Below, in pieces: positions 51,802 to 61,702 of a DNA stretch of 64,000 nucleotides. Position 1 is the first letter of the stretch. The number at the start of each line of letters is the position of its first letter. The DNA comes from an uncultured delta proteobacterium (GTDB lineage Bacteria; Myxococcota_A; Polyangia; Polyangiales; Houyiibacteriaceae), in contig CAVOVB010000003.1 in NCBI GenBank assembly GCA_963699755.1, positions 288,001 through 352,000 of the forward strand, in the 5' to 3' direction. Position numbers and translations under genes: made by a program. The notes beneath the pieces are model-generated. The model worked only from the letters and a program-made list of their open reading frames with translations. It did not search any database and was not told the origin of the DNA.

Positions 51802-53640
51802 CTAGTTCACGTGGAAGGAATAGCGCGCACCCATGCGGGGCGCCCCAAAGGTCGGAAAGCGGACGCTCTTGATCTGGTTGCCCATGCAGCCTTGGAAGCC
51901 TGCACTGCCGCCGTGTACGGTTGCACCCAGAACCGAGCCATTGCCCGCAATCGCCAGGTCGACTTTGACGTTGCCCGGGGTGCCACTGCTCTTGACTTCG
52001 GGAAGGACGCAATTGCTGTAGAAGCGATTGAGGTTGCGGTTCATCACGGCGGCGACCTGACCGCCGGTTAGACGGCCCTCGCCGCCACCTTCTGATGCAT
52101 CGCCGATCTCCACAGCTTGGCTCATTGCTTCGTCGTAGCTCGAGAATCCGGTGCTGCGCTGCAGCGGAACTGCGCTCCCACCGCTCGAGCTGCGCTTGCG
52201 CGTTCGGACAGGCTGGTCCGGGAGCAAGCCGGCTTCACCTGTCGTGATCTTTCCGAGCTTGAACAGGTCGTCGAGCTCCGTCGAGGCCGCTTCGCGAGCA
52301 TCGCTCGAACGGGACAAGAGAAAGCCTCCGACCGCAATCACGACGAGGCCGATGACGGACACGGCGATCAGCCATTTCATCGCCGCGGAGCGTTTCTCCG
52401 ACTTCTGCGCATGGACACGAGCTGCTTCTTCGGCTGCGGCCGTGTCCTGATGCTCCCGTTGCAGAATGAATTCGCGGAACTGCGGCCATTCTCGGAGCGG
52501 TCGGCGCTCTCCGGTGTCGATGTTGAAGGTGACGTCGTCTCCAGCGAAGCCACCGATGTTGAGTCGCTCGATGAGCTCGCGCGCACTGAACGGACCGTGG
52601 TCCATGTTGTCTCGTGCGACCATCCATCGCTGCTTCGAATCCGAAGAGAGCTGATTGATCAGGCTCATGAGACCCCGCTTGGGAGGTGGAGGCGGCGAGA
52701 ACGACGCCTGCGGCGCGAGGGAGATCATGGGTATGTCGATATCTGTCGGCGGCGCGACCGAATTGATGATGTCGATGTCGATGCTGAGTCCGGTGTCCGG
52801 TGGCGGAGGCACCGAGTTGGCTTGCGCCACGAAAGGTAGAAGGGCGTTCCGCACCGATGCTGGGGAGTCGAACCGGTCCTCGGGTTCGGGTGCCAAGCAG
52901 TCGAGCAGGATACGATCGACCTCTGGAGGGATGTCATCGCGGACTTCCGATGGTGCCACGAAGTCAGCACCTGGACTGCGAGTGGTCAGGAGCTCGTAGA
53001 GGATGGCGCCGATGCCGAAGACGTCGCTTCTCGCAGTGGCGCGTTCTCCCCGCTTCACTTCGGGCGCAAGGCAGGCCTGGTCACTATCTTTGAAGGCGCT
53101 CGGACCGGCGGCGTCGAGGAGCACTCGGCCGACGCCGAAGTCGTGGACTTTGACGCGGCCGCCGCGTGTCACACAGACGACGCTGGGACGGAGGGTTCCG
53201 TGAGGTCCCCGTTCCTGTGCGTAGCTGAGCGCGCTGCACAGGTGCGCGATGACGTTGTAGACGCCTCGCAGCGAGATCGGCTTGCCGCCGCGCGACTGAA
53301 TGAAAACCGAGAGTGGGGTGCCTTCGATCCACTCGCCGGCGACAAAATGCTCACCCTTGGGCGTGCGGCCAACACCCAAGACACGCGCGATGTTGCGGTG
53401 CGATAGTTTCGAGGCCGCACGGCACGCTTCTCGAAACTCCGGTGCCGTCGCAGCAGGGACCAGATCGGGCTTGATCACGCGAACCAGAATCGAGCGTTTG
53501 GTCTGCTGGTCTGTTGCGGACCAGACGACGGCCTGCCGATCTTCGTCGATCTGATCGACGACCTCGAACCTTCCCCCAACCACGACGCCGGGGTGTAACC
53601 CCGGAGCCCCCGGCCTCGTCGACGCAATCCCCTCCGCCAT
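51802..53640 (-). CDS. Hanks-type pseudokinase with GYF-like domain, TM and AgmX/PglI (TonB-C-like) C-terminal domain
   Basis: HRNI, DFG, APE, SDVFGIG kept; VAxK and HRDxKxxN lost; WMVARDNMDHGPFS; C-terminal Cys pair with IAGNGSV and RFP. Confidence 0.8.
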   Translation of the reverse strand: MAEGIASTRPGAPGLHPGVVVGGRFEVVDQIDEDRQAVVWSATDQQTKRSILVRVIKPDLVPAATAPEFREACRAASKLSHRNIARVLGVGRTPKGEHFVAGEWIEGTPLSVFIQSRGGKPISLRGVYNVIAHLCSALSYAQERGPHGTLRPSVVCVTRGGRVKVHDFGVGRVLLDAAGPSAFKDSDQACLAPEVKRGERATARSDVFGIGAILYELLTTRSPGADFVAPSEVRDDIPPEVDRILLDCLAPEPEDRFDSPASVRNALLPFVAQANSVPPPPDTGLSIDIDIINSVAPPTDIDIPMISLAPQASFSPPPPPKRGLMSLINQLSSDSKQRWMVARDNMDHGPFSARELIERLNIGGFAGDDVTFNIDTGERRPLREWPQFREFILQREHQDTAAAEEAARVHAQKSEKRSAAMKWLIAVSVIGLVVIAVGGFLLSRSSDAREAASTELDDLFKLGKITTGEAGLLPDQPVRTRKRSSSGGSAVPLQRSTGFSSYDEAMSQAVEIGDASEGGGEGRLTGGQVAAVMNRNLNRFYSNCVLPEVKSSGTPGNVKVDLAIAGNGSVLGATVHGGSAGFQGCMGNQIKSVRFPTFGAPRMGARYSFHVN

Positions 53641-53722
53641 GTCCGAAAAACAAGATAGACGACCGAGGGACGACGTCCCAAATTTGGCGTCGAGAGACCC
53701 TGGTTCCTGGGGCCGTAGAGGC

Positions 53723-55393
53723 CTAGTCGTCCTTGGCGAGCTCCAGCTCGAGCGTCCGTTCGCCAAGCACCGCGCCGGCCATCGATTCGATGATGTCCTG
53801 GGCCCGATCCTCGGGGACATCGACCAGCGAGTGCTTGTCCCGGACCCGAATGCGCCCGATTTCTTTGCGCTTCAGGCCGGTCCGGTCGCGAAGGATGCGC
53901 CCCAGCTCGGAGGCCTTCAGCTGGTCACGCCGACCTACGTTCACACACAGGGTCGCGGTGGGCGCCTCTTGCTCGGCGGCCGGCTTCGGTTCACGGGGGC
54001 CGCCATTGGCCGCGCTGTGCTCGTCCGGATGCTGCTTGCCCCTCCTCCTGCGGCTCGCCGCGACCTTATCGACGTCTTCGCTCTCTTCGCCAAAGAACGC
54101 CCGGAGCAACCCTGCGAGCATCTGCTCCGCCTTCGCATGGGTCATGAAGCGCCGCACCAAGGCGAGATCGCGCTCGTTCGGCGGATCCGGGTAGGCCGCC
54201 TCGATCATCGCAATCCGGTCGGCTTCCTGCCGTGTTCGTTGCTCGCCCAAGCTAGGCAAGGTTCGCTCGACAGGGAAGATCCGGTACTGCAGCCGGAGAT
54301 AGTAGAGGATCCCGAGCTCGGTCGGGCCGACCAGCGTGATTGCGGTGCCCGTTCGCCCCGCGCGACCTGTCCGACCAGTGCGGTGTACGTACTGCTCGAC
54401 GTTCGACGGCAGCGAGAAGTTGATCACGTGGGTGAGGTGAGACACGTCGAGGCCGCGCGCCGCGACGTCAGTCGCGACCAAGAACCGCAGCTCCTCGCGT
54501 CGGACACGTCCAAGCACCTCCTCACGCTCCCGTTGAGGTCTGTCGCCGTTGAGCCATTCCGCGTTGAAGCCCGCGCGCTGGAGCGCTGCCGAGACTTCTT
54601 CGGTTTCTGCTTTGGTGTTGCAGAAGATGAGGGCGCTCTCCGGATCTTCGATCTCGAGGATGGTGATCAGATCTGCCACACGTCCGACGCCACTCACCAT
54701 ATAGACGAAATGCTCGATTCCGAGAGCACCCACGTGGTCGCCCGAGAGCCCCAGGAACTGCGGATCGTGCATGTGCTTTTCGGCGACCCGTTTGATCGCG
54801 CGGTCGACGGTGGCGGAAAACAGCAGGGTCTGCCGTTTCTTCGGCAGCCTTTCGATGATTGCGTGGAGCTCTTTGGCAAAGCCCATCGACAACATTTCGT
54901 CGGCCTCGTCGAGGACCAGGACCCGCAGCCGTGAAGCGTCGATGGTCCCACGCTTGAGATGATCGAGCACGCGCCCCGGCGTTCCACTGATGACGCGCGC
55001 GCCTTTTTCGAGTGCACGGATCTGCTGCTCCATCGATGCGCCGCCATAAACTGCGACCGCATCGATGCCACGACGGGCACCGAGCTTTGCGATTTCGCGT
55101 GCACTTTGGAGCGCGAGCTCCCGCGTCGGTGCGAGCACGAGGGCTTGTTCGTCGCCGTCGACGGTGATCAGTCGATCGACTAACGGGATTCCGAATGCAC
55201 CGGTCTTCCCCGTGCCTGTCCGGGATTGTACGATCACGTCGTGGCCGGCGATGGCGAGTGGGTAGGAGTCACGCTGCACGGGAGTCGGGCTGTCCCAACC
55301 CATTTCAGAGAGCGCTTCGAGCACATCCTCGTGTATGCCGAGGTCGGCGAATGTTTGGACGCCTTCCTCTTCGGGATCGGGCGACTCGGTCAT
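53723..55393 (-). CDS. DEAD-box RNA helicase with DbpA-type RNA-binding domain (DeaD-like)
   Basis: GTGKT, PTRELA, DEAD, SAT, ARGLD, HRTGRTGR; C-terminal NVGRRD domain. Confidence 0.93.
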   Translation of the reverse strand: MTESPDPEEEGVQTFADLGIHEDVLEALSEMGWDSPTPVQRDSYPLAIAGHDVIVQSRTGTGKTGAFGIPLVDRLITVDGDEQALVLAPTRELALQSAREIAKLGARRGIDAVAVYGGASMEQQIRALEKGARVISGTPGRVLDHLKRGTIDASRLRVLVLDEADEMLSMGFAKELHAIIERLPKKRQTLLFSATVDRAIKRVAEKHMHDPQFLGLSGDHVGALGIEHFVYMVSGVGRVADLITILEIEDPESALIFCNTKAETEEVSAALQRAGFNAEWLNGDRPQREREEVLGRVRREELRFLVATDVAARGLDVSHLTHVINFSLPSNVEQYVHRTGRTGRAGRTGTAITLVGPTELGILYYLRLQYRIFPVERTLPSLGEQRTRQEADRIAMIEAAYPDPPNERDLALVRRFMTHAKAEQMLAGLLRAFFGEESEDVDKVAASRRRRGKQHPDEHSAANGGPREPKPAAEQEAPTATLCVNVGRRDQLKASELGRILRDRTGLKRKEIGRIRVRDKHSLVDVPEDRAQDIIESMAGAVLGERTLELELAKDD

Positions 55394-55845
55394 GGACTGG
55401 GCTCCGGTGTTTCGGGTGATTGGGGGTTCGAATTCGAGTCGAGCGCTTCGCTCACGCGATTGGCAAGAGGGGCGTCCTCGCGCATGTAGGTCTGCAAGCC
55501 TAGCTCGACACGATATCGGTATTGATTGAGCAAGTGTACTTCGTCTTCGTCGCAGCGCATGGCAAGCGCATTCAGCCGCCGATCCCAGGATTTGAGCGCT
55601 GTCAGGAGCCCAGTCTCATCGGTCGCGTTGCTCGCGAGGTAGGCGAGCCGGAGCTCATCGACCTCATGCCGAAGGAGCTGCAAGCCATCGGCACACTCGA
55701 GGTCGAAAGAATCGTCGCTCTCTGGCCAGAACACCTGCACGATGACGGAAGCGAAGCCTACGATGACCAGGTAGGCGAGGGCGCTCGCATAGATGCCTAT
55801 TGCCAGGCGGCGGCCAAGGCCGCCTCGTTGTTCTTTTCGCGGCAA
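55390..55845 (-). CDS. Hypothetical single-TM protein
   Basis: TTG start with GAGGAG RBS; N-terminal TM; 4-nt overlap with the helicase start. Confidence 0.7.
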   Translation of the reverse strand: MPRKEQRGGLGRRLAIGIYASALAYLVIVGFASVIVQVFWPESDDSFDLECADGLQLLRHEVDELRLAYLASNATDETGLLTALKSWDRRLNALAMRCDEDEVHLLNQYRYRVELGLQTYMREDAPLANRVSEALDSNSNPQSPETPEPSP

Positions 55846-55911
55846 AGACTCTCCTCGTCCACCAACGTTTTCTCTCGATCGGCTTGGTTGTAACGACCCG
55901 CTTGGACCAGG

Positions 55912-56052
55912 TCAAGACGGCGGTTCATAGCGGCGTTTCCGCTTCTCACGATGGGTTCCCCACATGAACAGGCCGACGCCCACCATGACGGTCAGAAGCA
56001 CCACGCCGCCGCAGAGCCCGTACCAAAGAAAGGTGGTGACCCCGGTTCCCAT
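55912..56052 (-). CDS. 46-aa single-TM small protein (absent from ORF track)
   Basis: Hand translation MGTGVTTFLWYGLCGGVVLLTVMVGVGLFMWGTHREKRKRRYEPPS*; starts 4 nt after the response-regulator stop. Confidence 0.65.
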   Translation of the reverse strand: MGTGVTTFLWYGLCGGVVLLTVMVGVGLFMWGTHREKRKRRYEPPS

Positions 56053-56056
56053 CCGA

Positions 56057-56752
56057 TCAGCAGACGAGCTTGTAACCCACGCCGTAGACGGTCAGGATGT
56101 GCACCGGGCGATCGGGTTTCGGCTCGATTTTGCGGCGGAGCTTGACGATGAAGTTGTCGACGGTGCGGTTGTTGGGTCCTGCTTCGAGGCCCCAAATCTT
56201 CTCGAGAATCTCGTCGCGCGACACGGGTTCGCCCTCGCGCTCCCAGAGGAACTTCAAGAGCTCCACTTCGTAGAACGACAAATGCATCGTGTCCGAGCCC
56301 CGGGTCAGCGTCTGTGCGCCGGTTTCGATGTTGCTGTTGCCGATTCGAATTTCGGCCTGCGAGGGTCGGACCGACCGCCCGGCACGCCTGAAGAGCGCCC
56401 GTATCCGAGCGACGAGCTCGCCGATCGCGAAAGGCTTGGTGACGTAGTCGTCGGCACCGGCTTCGAGGCCGCGGATCTTGTCCGATTCCTGACCCCGGGC
56501 GGTCAGCATGAGGATCGGCAGGATCGGGTCGGTCTTCCGGATCGTTTCGCAAACCTGGTAGCCGTTGATGTCGGGCAGCATCAGGTCGAGAATCACGCAG
56601 TCGATGTCCTCGGAAGCTGCGAGCTCGATCGCCTGTGCACCCTTCGCCGTGTGTACGACTCGATACCCCTCGAAGCGAAGGCTGTCGGAAAGCCCGAGCG
56701 CGAGAGCCGGATCATCTTCAACGAGCAGAATTCCGCGTCCGTCTTCTGACAT
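56057..56752 (-). CDS. OmpR/PhoB-family response regulator
   Basis: LVEDD, LDLMLP, LTA, KPF; wHTH RTVDNFIVKLRRK..GVGY. Confidence 0.95.
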   Translation of the reverse strand: MSEDGRGILLVEDDPALALGLSDSLRFEGYRVVHTAKGAQAIELAASEDIDCVILDLMLPDINGYQVCETIRKTDPILPILMLTARGQESDKIRGLEAGADDYVTKPFAIGELVARIRALFRRAGRSVRPSQAEIRIGNSNIETGAQTLTRGSDTMHLSFYEVELLKFLWEREGEPVSRDEILEKIWGLEAGPNNRTVDNFIVKLRRKIEPKPDRPVHILTVYGVGYKLVC

Positions 56753-56799
56753 CGCGTCGAAGATAGCCGCTGTCTGGCCGAGCGGCAAAGGAGCTTGGC

Positions 56800-58338
56800 T
56801 CAGAGCGTAGGAACCGGAATGGTGAAGCCGACGATCGCTCCACCTCCCGGAGCGTTTCTTGCCCATGCGCGGCCGCCGTGGGCCTGGGCGATGTGCTTGA
56901 CCAGCGATAGCCCGATGCCCGAGCCGCGTGTCGGGCCGCTATGAGGCCCCCGATAGAAGCGCTCGAAGACACGACGCAGCGAGTCCGCCGGGATTCCGGG
57001 TCCATGGTCACGGACGGCCACGTCGATCGAGTGACGCTTGGCGGTGAGCTTGAGCTCGACCGGGGTTTGTTCGCCGTACTTCACTGCATTGTCGAGCAGG
57101 TTGATGACGGCCAATGCGATGGCTTCCTGGTCGATGAACACCGCTGGGAGCTCGGCCTCCCTGTCCAGTTGGATTTCGACACCGTCTTGCTCGCTCCGGT
57201 AGCGGAACGCGTCGAGCGCACGGCCAACGGCCTCCCCGAGGTCGCCCTGCTTCAGTCGATAGGGCCCCTTGCCGCCTTCTAGCGCCGAAAAGTCGAGCAC
57301 GTTGTCGATCAGTGAAGTAAGTCGCTCGGACTCGCGACAGATGATGTCCAGGTATTCCACGCGACGCTGCTCGCTCGGTACGCGGCCGGAGCGAAGCATG
57401 TCCGCGAACATACGAACGACAGACAAAGGCGTCTTGAGCTCGTGCGAGACGTTGGCCATGAGCTCGCTCTTGAGTTGGTTGAGGCGGCGCTCTTTCTCGG
57501 CCGCGTAAATGAAGAAGATCGCGCTGAGCAGGATGATCGCGAACGACATCAAAGGCAGCGTCACCTCTCCACGCATGCGGGAGCGGCCCTGCGCCTGCAA
57601 GAGTGCAGCCTGACGTGGAGCGACTTGGAGACGCCAGCCATCGAGGGTCGTCGGAAAGCGGTGGTCGACCGTATAGACACCGACTTCGGAGAGGTCGGGC
57701 CCAAAGATCAGTTGGTTGCTTTCGTCGACGATGTTGTAGATCTGCGTCGATTCATCCGAGCCGAACATCGTTGGGAAGACCTCATCGACGAGGTACTTCG
57801 TGTCGTGAACGGCGACTATGTACGTCAACTGGCCAGCGGCCGTGTCGTACGCCCTGTAGGACAGGAGGTAACCTCCATCGTCGAGTTGCCGGTGGACGTG
57901 TCGAAGGACGTATGGCTCTGGGGAGTCCAGGTCGAGGGTTTCGGCGAGCTCCTGTCGGAACGTCCGGAGAAACGCTCGCCGCGCTTTCTTGTCCTCACGG
58001 CTCGCCCACTGAATGACGTTTCCCTCGAGGTCCATGAGGAGCACCGAGCGGACGCTCGGGGTCTGCGCTTCGGCTTGAGGCAGCCAAACGGAGTCTATCG
58101 TGCTCGAATCGTTCGGGTCGACTAGGCGAAACACCGTGCCATCGGCGATCGCGATGTAGCGCTCGATTCGCTCCACCCGTTCCTGGGCAACGGTCAGCAA
58201 AGACTGAGCGATCGTCTCCTCGCCGAGCTGCGTATGCTCGCGTGAAGAGCGAAATGTGTAGTAGCCCAGGATGCCGGCAGCGACGAGAATCGCCGGAACC
58301 AAGATCAGGTACCAGAGGCGAAAGCGTCCGCCCTCCAT
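56800..58338 (-). CDS. Membrane sensor histidine kinase
   Basis: Two TMs flanking a periplasmic domain; SHELKTPL, NLLDNAVKY, DHGPGI, GSGIGL. Confidence 0.95.
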   Translation of the reverse strand: MEGGRFRLWYLILVPAILVAAGILGYYTFRSSREHTQLGEETIAQSLLTVAQERVERIERYIAIADGTVFRLVDPNDSSTIDSVWLPQAEAQTPSVRSVLLMDLEGNVIQWASREDKKARRAFLRTFRQELAETLDLDSPEPYVLRHVHRQLDDGGYLLSYRAYDTAAGQLTYIVAVHDTKYLVDEVFPTMFGSDESTQIYNIVDESNQLIFGPDLSEVGVYTVDHRFPTTLDGWRLQVAPRQAALLQAQGRSRMRGEVTLPLMSFAIILLSAIFFIYAAEKERRLNQLKSELMANVSHELKTPLSVVRMFADMLRSGRVPSEQRRVEYLDIICRESERLTSLIDNVLDFSALEGGKGPYRLKQGDLGEAVGRALDAFRYRSEQDGVEIQLDREAELPAVFIDQEAIALAVINLLDNAVKYGEQTPVELKLTAKRHSIDVAVRDHGPGIPADSLRRVFERFYRGPHSGPTRGSGIGLSLVKHIAQAHGGRAWARNAPGGGAIVGFTIPVPTL

Positions 58339-58359
58339 CACTGGCGCTCGGCAACCATT

Positions 58360-60801
58360 TTAGGGCGCAGACGGCTGAACGGTCTCGCCCATGTCGGGGC
58401 GCGGATCGCTGAGGTCCAAGTGGAGGCGATCCGGGTCGAGCAAAGCATTCGCCAACACTGCGTCCATCTTCGACACTGGCACGAACTCCAGGGTCTCCCG
58501 GACTTCCTCCGGAATCTCGTCGAGGTCGGCGGTGTTGCGTTCCGGTAGAATGATGCGCTTGATTCCCGCGCGATGAGCCGCGAGGACCTTTTCTTTGACG
58601 CCGCCAACCGGAAGCACGCGACCACGCAAGGTTATCTCACCGGTCATCGCAACGTCGTGGCGCACGTGAATACCGGTCAATAGCGAGACGATTGCCGTCA
58701 TCATCGTGACACCTGCACTCGGCCCGTCCTTGGGCATTGCGCCCGCAGGAATGTGAATGTGGATGTCACTCGTTTCCAGGAAGTCCTCCGGAATGCCGAA
58801 GGCCTTGGCGCGGGTCCGCACATAGCTCATCGCCGTTTGTGCAGACTCCTTCATCACATCTCCGAGCTGACCCGTTAGCTGAAGCTTGCCGGTACCGTGC
58901 ATTCTGGTGCATTCGATGAAGAGGATTTCGCCGCCCACCGAGGTCCAGGCGAGCCCAGTCGCAACGCCGGTTTCTGCGGTGCGTTCTGCTACCTCCGAGC
59001 TGAAGCGCGGCGCTCCTAGATAGGGGCGCAGCGACTCCTCGTCGGAGATCTTCCATGGCCCCTCTTCCCCTTCGGCGACCTTGACGGCGACGCCACGAAT
59101 GACGCTCGCGATCTGACGCTCCAGGTTGCGTACACCGGCTTCACGCGTGTAGTGGTCGATGATTGACTCGATCGCGCCGTCCTCGAGAGTGACTTGCTCG
59201 GGCCTGATGCCGTGCTCCTCGAGTTGCTTCGGCACGAGATGCACGCGCGCGATGTCCGCCTTCTCGCGGCGAGTATAGCTGGGGATCTCGATGATCTCCA
59301 TGCGGTCCCGAAGCGGTGCGGGGATGGTGTCCCCCACGTTGCCCGTGGCGATGAACATGACCTTGGACAGGTCGTAAGGGATTTCGAGGTAGTGGTCACT
59401 GAAGGTGTCGTTTTGCTCCGGGTCGAGGACCTCGAGCAGGGCGGCCGCTGGGTCGCCTCGGAAGTCGTGCCCGATCTTGTCGATCTCGTCGAGCATGAAG
59501 ACCGGGTTGATCGTGCCGGCTTTCTTCATCCCTTGGATGACCTGGCCTGGCAGGGCCCCGACGTACGTGCGTCGGTGACCGCGGATGGCGGCTTCGTCGT
59601 GGACGCCACCCAGGCTGATGCGGTGGAACTTACGCCCCAAGGCGCGTGCGACCGAACGGCCGAGCGAGGTCTTGCCGACACCGGGCGGCCCGATGAGACA
59701 AAGAATAGGACCCTTCTTGTCGGTCTTGAGCTTGCGAACCGCTAGGTATTCGACGATGCGCTTCTTGACCTTCTCGAGACCCGAGTGATCCTCGTCGAGC
59801 ACTTTGCGCACGGCCGCGATGTCCATGTTGTCAGCGGTCTGCCTGCTCCAGGGAATGTCGAGAATCCAATCGATATAGGTGCGAACGACGGTGTACTCCG
59901 CGGAGCCAACCTGCATCTGACGAAGGCGCTTGAGCTGTTTGTGTGCGACCTTGTCTGCTTCACCCGGCAGGTTTGCCTTGGCCAGGCGCTCCTCGAGGAC
60001 ATCGAGGTCGCCCTGGTCGCCTTCTTCCTCGCCCAGCTCTTCTTTGATCGCCTTGAGCTGTTGGCGCAGGACGTACTCACGTTGGTTCTTGCCCATCTCC
60101 TCTTTGATTTGCGAGTTGATGCGCTCCCGCATTTTGAGGATTTCGAGCTGCCGCGTCAGCAGACGAAGGACCTTGCGAATACGCTCTTTCGTGTCGAGCG
60201 TCTCCAGCAGTTGCGACTTTTCTTCCACTGGCGCATCGAGATTGGCCGCCACGAGGTCGGCGAGCTGCCCGTGCTCTTGGATCGAGTCGATGAGTGAGCC
60301 CGCCTCACGGGGCAGCTCGGGCATCAGCTGGATGACCTGCTTGGCAATGTCACGGAGGCTCATTGCGAGGGCTTCGCTCTCGACATCCTCCCCGGCGGGC
60401 TCTTGCAGCCGTGAGACCCTAGCTCGGATGTAGGGTTCGGTGGTCACAACCTGCTCGAGGCGGATGCGCACTAGGCCCTGAAGAATGAGGCTGTAATTAC
60501 CCGAGCTGTGCTTGAGCGCTTTGAGGACGCGCGCCGCGACGCCGACTGGGTGGAGGTCATTCTGACCGGGATCGTCGGTCGATGGATCCCGCTGCGCAAC
60601 GATCGCAATGATGGGCTGATCGAGGTTTTCGATGTCCTCGACGAGCGCGACTGACTTCTCGCGGCCCACGTCGAAGGGCGCCACCGCTGCTGGGAAGAGT
60701 ACGGCATTGCGGATGGGCAGTACGGGCAGCTCGCTGCCGAACTCGATGTCTCCCGTCTCGGGAGGCGGAATCGATGAAACTGTTCCCTCTTCGTCGCTCA
60801 T
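58360..60801 (-). CDS. lon: Lon protease (resembles myxobacterial LonD/BsgA type)
   Basis: [32 protein letters not shown] catalytic Ser; N-domain LMPELP..SI..GQLADL.AAN. Confidence 0.97.
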   Translation of the reverse strand: MSDEEGTVSSIPPPETGDIEFGSELPVLPIRNAVLFPAAVAPFDVGREKSVALVEDIENLDQPIIAIVAQRDPSTDDPGQNDLHPVGVAARVLKALKHSSGNYSLILQGLVRIRLEQVVTTEPYIRARVSRLQEPAGEDVESEALAMSLRDIAKQVIQLMPELPREAGSLIDSIQEHGQLADLVAANLDAPVEEKSQLLETLDTKERIRKVLRLLTRQLEILKMRERINSQIKEEMGKNQREYVLRQQLKAIKEELGEEEGDQGDLDVLEERLAKANLPGEADKVAHKQLKRLRQMQVGSAEYTVVRTYIDWILDIPWSRQTADNMDIAAVRKVLDEDHSGLEKVKKRIVEYLAVRKLKTDKKGPILCLIGPPGVGKTSLGRSVARALGRKFHRISLGGVHDEAAIRGHRRTYVGALPGQVIQGMKKAGTINPVFMLDEIDKIGHDFRGDPAAALLEVLDPEQNDTFSDHYLEIPYDLSKVMFIATGNVGDTIPAPLRDRMEIIEIPSYTRREKADIARVHLVPKQLEEHGIRPEQVTLEDGAIESIIDHYTREAGVRNLERQIASVIRGVAVKVAEGEEGPWKISDEESLRPYLGAPRFSSEVAERTAETGVATGLAWTSVGGEILFIECTRMHGTGKLQLTGQLGDVMKESAQTAMSYVRTRAKAFGIPEDFLETSDIHIHIPAGAMPKDGPSAGVTMMTAIVSLLTGIHVRHDVAMTGEITLRGRVLPVGGVKEKVLAAHRAGIKRIILPERNTADLDEIPEEVRETLEFVPVSKMDAVLANALLDPDRLHLDLSDPRPDMGETVQPSAP

Positions 60802-60854
60802 GCTGCTGTTCTACTCCAACTCGGTAAGAACCCAAGTTTTCCAATACTGTGGCG

Positions 60855-60883
60855 AACATAGCCACGCACCATTTTTCTGGCAA
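60855..60883 (-). promoter_or_regulatory. Putative sigma70-type promoter of lon
   Basis: Minus-strand TTGCCA-N17-TATGTT; the -10 box is flanked by a GTGGC/GCCAC inverted repeat. Confidence 0.45.
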
Positions 60884-60976
60884 GGGGCTCAGCCACGACG
60901 CTGCCCGAGCACATCGAGGGCGCCAAGGCCACATCGTGGATTGAAGGCGGGGGATCGGCGAATTAGGCTCAGCACG

Positions 60977-61702
60977 ATGCGTCTTTCAGTAGTAGTTCCG
61001 TGTTTCAACGAGGAAGGGAACATCGCTCCTGTGATCGCGCAGGTTGCCGAAGTTGGCCGCCGGCTCGCCTCCGAGCTCGAAATCATCGTCGTGGACGACG
61101 GCAGCACCGACGCTACGGCCAAGGTCCTCGGGGGGCTCCAGGCGCTCGTCCCCGAGCTGAGAATCGTGACGCACCAGCGAAACCGGGGTTATGGGGCCGC
61201 GGTGCGCTCGGGGCTCGAGCGAGCCCGGATGGACTATGTGTTTCTGACCGACGGCGACGGGCAGTTCGACATGGAAGAGCTCCCAGCCGCGATTCAGCTC
61301 CTGGGCGAGCACGATCTGGTGGCAGGCTACCGGACGCATCGCCAGGACGGTTACTGGAGGCGCCTCTGGGGCCAGACCTGGACCGCTCTGGTGAACCGGG
61401 TCTTCGGCCTCGGGGTTCGTGACGCCAACTGTGCCTTCAAGCTGGTGCCTCAGAGCCTGCTGCGCTCGAGTGAGTTGAAAAGCGAGGGAGCGCTCATCAG
61501 CGCCGAGCTCTTGCTCGCAGCGCGACGCGCAGCGCTCAGCGTAGGGGAGTACGCAGTGACCCACTATCCGCGCATGACGGGTCGGCAATCGGGCGCGTCA
61601 CCTCGCGTCGTCATGACCGCGCTCATGGAGCTGCTGGTCAGGAGCAGACTTGGTTTCGGCCGGCTCGCTTGGCCTCGTACATCTTATCGTCGGCGGCCTT
61701 GA
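60977..61702 (+). CDS. Glycosyltransferase family 2 (DPM1-like)
   Basis: VVPCFNEE, VDDGSTD, NRGYGAA, TDGDGQ. Confidence 0.9.
   Translation: MRLSVVVPCFNEEGNIAPVIAQVAEVGRRLASELEIIVVDDGSTDATAKVLGGLQALVPELRIVTHQRNRGYGAAVRSGLERARMDYVFLTDGDGQFDMEELPAAIQLLGEHDLVAGYRTHRQDGYWRRLWGQTWTALVNRVFGLGVRDANCAFKLVPQSLLRSSELKSEGALISAELLLAARRAALSVGEYAVTHYPRMTGRQSGASPRVVMTALMELLVRSRLGFGRLAWPRTSYRRRP

Noticed and set aside
55421..55445. GGTTCGAATTC, resembling a tRNA T-loop
   Set aside because: Lies inside a CDS and has no cloverleaf context
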